The position numbers and the translations under genes were made by a program. A model generated the notes under the pieces. The model saw only the letters and a list, made by a program, of their open reading frames with translations. It searched no databases and had not been told where the DNA came from. This document shows positions 38,400 through 42,065 of a stretch of 42,065 bases of DNA, piece by piece (position 1 is the first letter of the stretch; every line of letters begins with the position of its first letter). Origin of the DNA: Thermodesulfobacteriota bacterium (GTDB lineage Bacteria; Desulfobacterota; WTBG01); assembly GCA_036446115.1 (NCBI GenBank), contig JAZFSJ010000376.1:1-42065 (forward strand), read 5' to 3'.

Positions 38400-38736
38400 T
38401 ATCTTGCTCCTTCAAGTAAGTGTACGCTGCTTCTGCAAGGGCAGGTACGGGGATGAGTAGGCTATATACTATGCAAGCCATTTCCCCTGCTGTTTCACTA
38501 TCTGCGTAGAAGAAATCACCCCACCACTCCTGCTCTACAGCCCATTCCAAAAGCTCCTGCCGACCAGAGAGGGAAAAGTAATCGGGATTCAGGCTGTCTA
38601 TATGTCTCCTCAAAAACACTGCTGAACCAGACTCCGCACCGCAAGCGCAAATATAATCGTCTGCTTTCTCGTCCCACTTATGCCACTCAACCCCCATCTT
38701 TTCCGCAAGGTACTTATTCTTCTGGCTGTTATCCAT
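38392..38736 (-). CDS. hypothetical protein, tandem paralogue 1 (114 aa)
   Basis: See the paralogue 38076..38399. The layout is reminiscent of phage ABA-sandwich-type small proteins, but this is a low-certainty impression. Confidence 0.6.
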   Translation of the reverse strand: MDNSQKNKYLAEKMGVEWHKWDEKADDYICACGAESGSAVFLRRHIDSLNPDYFSLSGRQELLEWAVEQEWWGDFFYADSETAGEMACIVYSLLIPVPALAEAAYTYLKEQDNG

Positions 38737-39241
38737 CGGCTTCCTTTCCGAGTGCGCGGAGAGCTTCTAAATCGTGGGCTGAGGACATATAACATATCTC
38801 GCGTAGTCTCATAGCAATGACCTTTATTGGTATGTTTTTTATTATTCTCTCGTACTCTTCGAGCCTCTTATTTGAAGTGTCGAGCTGCCTATCAAGCTCA
38901 TCCGTAACCTCTTTTTGTGCCTCCCTTGCCAACCCTACCTTGAGTCTATATTTATGGAAAGTAACCTCAAGCTCGTTGATCTTCTTGTTCGCATCCCCTA
39001 ATCGTTGGGTTGTAAGGGCGTGGGCCTCTGTTGCTTCTGATAATGTATCCGCAGCGTCCTTCCAACCTGATTTCAACCCCTCGTTTTCTTCTTTGAGTTT
39101 ATCTTTGTCCTCACTTTGAATAACTATTAGCTTATCGAGGTCTGTTATTTTACTCTTGAGCTTGGCGTTATCGGTTCTCGCGTCTACTAACATATCAAAC
39201 AATTCTGTTGATGCTATATCTTTTAACTGTTCTTTATCCAT
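38729..39241 (-). CDS. coiled-coil protein (170 aa)
   Basis: Track ORF with GGAGGAAGG upstream and a heptad-like charged sequence. Confidence 0.6.
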   Translation of the reverse strand: MDKEQLKDIASTELFDMLVDARTDNAKLKSKITDLDKLIVIQSEDKDKLKEENEGLKSGWKDAADTLSEATEAHALTTQRLGDANKKINELEVTFHKYRLKVGLAREAQKEVTDELDRQLDTSNKRLEEYERIIKNIPIKVIAMRLREICYMSSAHDLEALRALGKEADG

Positions 39242-39272
39242 ACCTTCCTCCTATCCCTGTGTGAGAGGGAAG

Positions 39273-39413
39273 TTATTGTTTTGTTGGCTTCGCTATCTCG
39301 TGCCGACCACATCTGTAACAGCAGTAAATATTATAACCCTCCATGTAGGGAGCTATAAATTCGTATCTATGTCCGCGCCAGAAGCATCTAAAGCGAATCC
39401 ATATTTTTTTCAT
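39273..39413 (-). CDS. micro-ORF, 46 aa Cys/His protein (DUF1660-like pattern)
   Basis: My translation is MKKIWIRFRCFWRGHRYEFIAPYMEGYNIYCCYRCGRHEIAKPTKQ. GGAGGGG lies upstream. Confidence 0.45.
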   Translation of the reverse strand: MKKIWIRFRCFWRGHRYEFIAPYMEGYNIYCCYRCGRHEIAKPTKQ

Positions 39414-39477
39414 CTACCCCTCCATGCTCACGGTTATAGTTGGTGCTGGGAAAGTTAATCTACTATGTGGTATGGCT

Positions 39478-39666
39478 TTATACATCAACCAAATCTCTCC
39501 TAAAACAACAATTACTAAGGTACTTTTTAGGACTCTGCACGTTCCATCCAGTAACATAATCTATATAATCAAGCTCTCGCCTAAGATTTTCATTTTCAGT
39601 CCGCACACATTCACACTGCCACCGAAGCTCTTCATATTCTATTCTTGAAACACCTAAGTCAAACAT
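39478..39666 (-). CDS. hypothetical protein (62 aa)
   Basis: Track ORF. Confidence 0.45.
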   Translation of the reverse strand: MFDLGVSRIEYEELRWQCECVRTENENLRRELDYIDYVTGWNVQSPKKYLSNCCFRRDLVDV

Positions 39667-39842
39667 ACTCTACTATCCTCATCAGGTAGACATCTACCCT
39701 TGAAATGGTTTGAACCATTAACTGTAATATATGAATCATCCATACGAAGTATGACTATATTAAGGCTCGGATAGATTTCCTCTTCTTCATATCCCATGTC
39801 GGTAAAAACCTTAACGAGTCTCTTGTGCCTTATTTTACCCAT
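39654..39842 (-). CDS. hypothetical protein (62 aa)
   Basis: Track ORF 39654..39872, trimmed to MGKIRHKRL. It overlaps the upstream stop by 8 nt. Confidence 0.45.
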   Translation of the reverse strand: MGKIRHKRLVKVFTDMGYEEEEIYPSLNIVILRMDDSYITVNGSNHFKGRCLPDEDSRVCLT

Positions 39843-39966
39843 TCTCTTTTCCTTCATATCTATCAAGCACAACCTTACACTTAGGGCATTGATAGACTTT
39901 TGCTTTTCTCGGAGTCCACTTGTGACCGCATTTAGGGCAGGTCAACTCTGGTATTTTGATTTTCAT
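39835..39966 (-). CDS. zinc-ribbon micro-protein (43 aa)
   Basis: Track ORF 39835..40074, trimmed to MKIKIPELTCPKCGHKWTPRKAKVYQCPKCKVVLDRYEGKENG, which is preceded by GAGGGGG. Confidence 0.55.
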   Translation of the reverse strand: MKIKIPELTCPKCGHKWTPRKAKVYQCPKCKVVLDRYEGKENG

Positions 39967-39967
39967 A

Positions 39968-40177
39968 CTATTCCCCCTCAATCTTATAAGGCACTGCGTC
40001 CCTGATAGCTTCCTTAGCCTCTTTGATTGTATCAAAGCCCCTGACATGCTCTTTATTGAAGGGGTCTGTGCCAAAGTCCCATCCAGTATGGAGCATTACA
40101 ATTAAACTGTTACCGATATCCCTTTCATCATCCCAAAACTCTACACGCTTCATATATTTTGGTTTAGTCAAATCCAT
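39968..40177 (-). CDS. hypothetical protein (69 aa), first gene after the promoter at 40225-40253
   Basis: Track ORF with AGGGGG upstream. Confidence 0.55.
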   Translation of the reverse strand: MDLTKPKYMKRVEFWDDERDIGNSLIVMLHTGWDFGTDPFNKEHVRGFDTIKEAKEAIRDAVPYKIEGE

Positions 40178-40224
40178 CTCTTACCCCCTGATACAGCAAG
40201 GATAATTCCTCACTTCTTACCTAT

Positions 40225-40253
40225 AGTATACCACATAAGTAAACCTATGTCAA
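40225..40253 (-). promoter_or_regulatory. near-consensus sigma70 promoter (TTGACA-N17-TATACT)
   Basis: It is read on the minus strand in the only sizeable gap (40178-40300) of this block. Confidence 0.65.
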
Positions 40254-40300
40254 GAAGTTTGTTTTTCTCAATACCTCACTAAGTTATCAAACCGTATATG

Positions 40301-40498
40301 CTAATCATTCTGAAATCTCCCCTCGATCCCGTTAGCCTTATTGTACTCCCTCACCCTCTCCTGATACTCTAACTCCTTAACCCTCCTCCTCCACTCCGAG
40401 TTATGGCTACCACAAGAGGGGCACTTACGTTGAACCCTGTCCGAGTGGCGAAACTGGCGCGTACAGTCGAGGCAGAGGTATAGGCGTTGGTCTTTCAT
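40301..40498 (-). CDS. zinc-ribbon protein (65 aa)
   Basis: CLDC...........CPSCG. Confidence 0.55.
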   Translation of the reverse strand: MKDQRLYLCLDCTRQFRHSDRVQRKCPSCGSHNSEWRRRVKELEYQERVREYNKANGIEGRFQND

Positions 40499-41064
40499 TA
40501 CCCCACCTTTTTTAAATTGTTATATTCTGCTTCACATTCTTTATAATATTCATCCATCTGCTTCATGGTTAATTTCTTCCAGTTCGGAAAGATTTTTTTA
40601 TTTCTATAGTCGCTCCATCCAAATCTAATTCTCACATCAAGGATAACTGAATCATCCTCTTTAAATTCTGGTTGACAGGGCAAAATGAGATAAGCATTGT
40701 TTTTACGACCTACTTTTGACCACCTACCATAAAAGGCAAATTGCTTATCTGTCCATTTCCATTCCGGTCTTACCTTTGTTCTTTCTCGGCTATATACATT
40801 CAAACCTACATTTTCCCACCAACAAAGACTTCCATCTTCGATACTTTCAAGCAGATATTTTACATATCCTCTACTGACTATCTCAATATCAATTATCCAA
40901 GACACATACCATTTAGATGCCCTTGCACAACTAAGAGAAACTAAATCACCTATTCGAGCTTTATCGCCATCATAACTATGAGCACCAACCCAATCTTTTT
41001 GATTTACTGTTGGGAATGCTAATAATTCACTAAGTATAGAAAATCTTGCTTCACTCTTACTCAT
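40498..41064 (-). CDS. hypothetical protein (188 aa)
   Basis: Track ORF with start-stop overlaps on both sides. Confidence 0.6.
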   Translation of the reverse strand: MSKSEARFSILSELLAFPTVNQKDWVGAHSYDGDKARIGDLVSLSCARASKWYVSWIIDIEIVSRGYVKYLLESIEDGSLCWWENVGLNVYSRERTKVRPEWKWTDKQFAFYGRWSKVGRKNNAYLILPCQPEFKEDDSVILDVRIRFGWSDYRNKKIFPNWKKLTMKQMDEYYKECEAEYNNLKKVG

Positions 41065-41360
41065 ATTCCAACCTCCTCCATTCTGTGCTTTCTATCCTTC
41101 CCTTCGTCTTCTCTCCATATCTTTATTGCTTCGTGGTTAGGCTCAAATAAACCACAACTTCCCTCGCTATTATTATTAGCGGTTACTGGTAGTCTGGTCT
41201 GTCTTGGCTTATCACTCGTATCTTTCCTTGAATCTCCAGAAACAAGAGAACCGTAGTAGTTATGTGACCTCATACTGCAATAAGAACTCTGACTAAAGCC
41301 TTTCACTATTTCTATAAGGTGAAACATTGCACAGTTTCCACATCGCTTAGAATCACTCAT
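41061..41360 (-). CDS. Cys-rich hypothetical protein (99 aa)
   Basis: Track ORF with an N-terminal CGNC. Confidence 0.55.
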   Translation of the reverse strand: MSDSKRCGNCAMFHLIEIVKGFSQSSYCSMRSHNYYGSLVSGDSRKDTSDKPRQTRLPVTANNNSEGSCGLFEPNHEAIKIWREDEGKDRKHRMEEVGI

Positions 41361-42061
41361 TACGCATTCCTCCTTGCCATATATTCATCTTTTCTCTTCC
41401 GAGCCTCGGCTTCTCTCTTGTCGCGGTCTATACGATCTAACTCACTCTGGGTCATCTCTTCGGGTTCAACTGTTTCACCTTCAATCCACTCTCGCCAAAA
41501 GTCTTTCTCTAAGAACCTTATGGGATTTCTAACGAAACCATCTTTCACCTCACTTGATTCTGAATAGTTCTTAGTTGCTCGTAGTAGTGATTGAAAATCT
41601 GGCTCTTCAATTTTTTTATTTATATATTCAAGACAGTCAGGTTTACCAACCTTCTTACCTTTTCTCTTTGGGTATAGACTCCAGAACTTTTCAGATAAAC
41701 GTATATATAAGTCTTCTTTTAATTCTTTATTATTCTTTTCATTCTTGTTAGCTGCCCCTTCTTTGCCCTTGCTTTGCCCCTTCTTTGCCCCCTTCCTGCC
41801 CTTAGGTTTGCCCTTCTCTACTTCGACATTCTGGTAACTATCCCAATTTGTTATAGTAATTAGCCTTCCTGTCTTTGCCCCTTTGTCTGCCAGAAACTCC
41901 CACTTTTCGAGTTTTTTAAGTGCAGTGCGGATCATTTTTACAGAAACACCTTTTGCACAAGCCTTTTGTAAGCTATCTAAAGAGGTGACAAATTGACCTG
42001 CTTTGCACTCGAACACTTGCTTGTTCCATTCCCACTTTCTCGGCGCATGGTTGGCAAGCAT
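41360..42061 (-). CDS. replication initiator / replisome organiser-like protein (wHTH N-terminus, Lys-rich linker)
   Basis: The N-terminal wHTH-like region is GQFVTSLDSLQKACAKGVSVKMIRTALKKLEKWEFL. The C-terminal pattern EKFWSLYPKRKGKKVGKP...FLEKDFW is common in phage replication proteins. The ATG lies 4 nt from the window edge. Confidence 0.45.
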   Translation of the reverse strand: MLANHAPRKWEWNKQVFECKAGQFVTSLDSLQKACAKGVSVKMIRTALKKLEKWEFLADKGAKTGRLITITNWDSYQNVEVEKGKPKGRKGAKKGQSKGKEGAANKNEKNNKELKEDLYIRLSEKFWSLYPKRKGKKVGKPDCLEYINKKIEEPDFQSLLRATKNYSESSEVKDGFVRNPIRFLEKDFWREWIEGETVEPEEMTQSELDRIDRDKREAEARKRKDEYMARRNA

Positions 42062-42065
42062 AAGA

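Noticed and set aside
37834-41567. Plus-strand track ORFs inside the second leftward block: 37834..38019, 38128..38460, 38817..39119, 39156..39458, 39424..39648, 39796..40005, 40023..40205, 40741..40944 and 41319..41567. The minus-strand ORF 38610..38795 is also included.
   Set aside because: They are antisense to, or out of frame with, supported minus-strand genes such as RusA, the paralogue pair and the coiled-coil protein.

Overview
By hand inspection, the window reads as an essentially complete ~42-kb genome of a tailed dsDNA phage. Genes are tightly packed, with GGAGG-type ribosome-binding sites (RBS) and many ATGA/TAATG start-stop overlaps.

There are three blocks.

(i) 79-9541, minus strand: about 35 small early genes. 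They include an Erf-family annealase paired with a PD-(D/E)XK RecE/DUF3799-like exonuclease, a Lar-like restriction-alleviation protein, CI-type and other HTH proteins, a very acidic 138-aa protein, one HNH-AP2 endonuclease, and several unannotated hydrophobic micro-ORFs.

(ii) 9.55-10.36 kb is a divergent-promoter and micro-ORF region. It is followed by the plus-strand block 10366-36332:
- an HTH protein (small-terminase candidate), Cys-rich mini-proteins and a signal-peptide beta-rich protein;
- a ~250-nt ORF-free tRNA-like region;
- HNH-AP2, TerL, portal, scaffold and an SU10/HK97-type capsid protein;
- a glycosyltransferase island inside the structural module, followed by four related small beta-rich proteins;
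- tail and internal-virion proteins, a GNAT-like gene, and an M15 endolysin with two holin-like genes;
- tail fibres and a protein with a strict 10-residue Trp repeat.

(iii) 36329-42061, minus strand: an HNH-like gene, a third HNH-AP2, RusA, zinc-ribbon mini-proteins, tandem paralogues and a replication-organiser-like protein.

The two minus-strand blocks at the window ends look like one early region split by linearisation of a circular or permuted genome.

I could not support any integrase, reverse transcriptase, CRISPR array, rRNA or canonical cloverleaf tRNA. All family calls rest on motif recognition in the translated ORFs. No database search, folding program or statistics were run.
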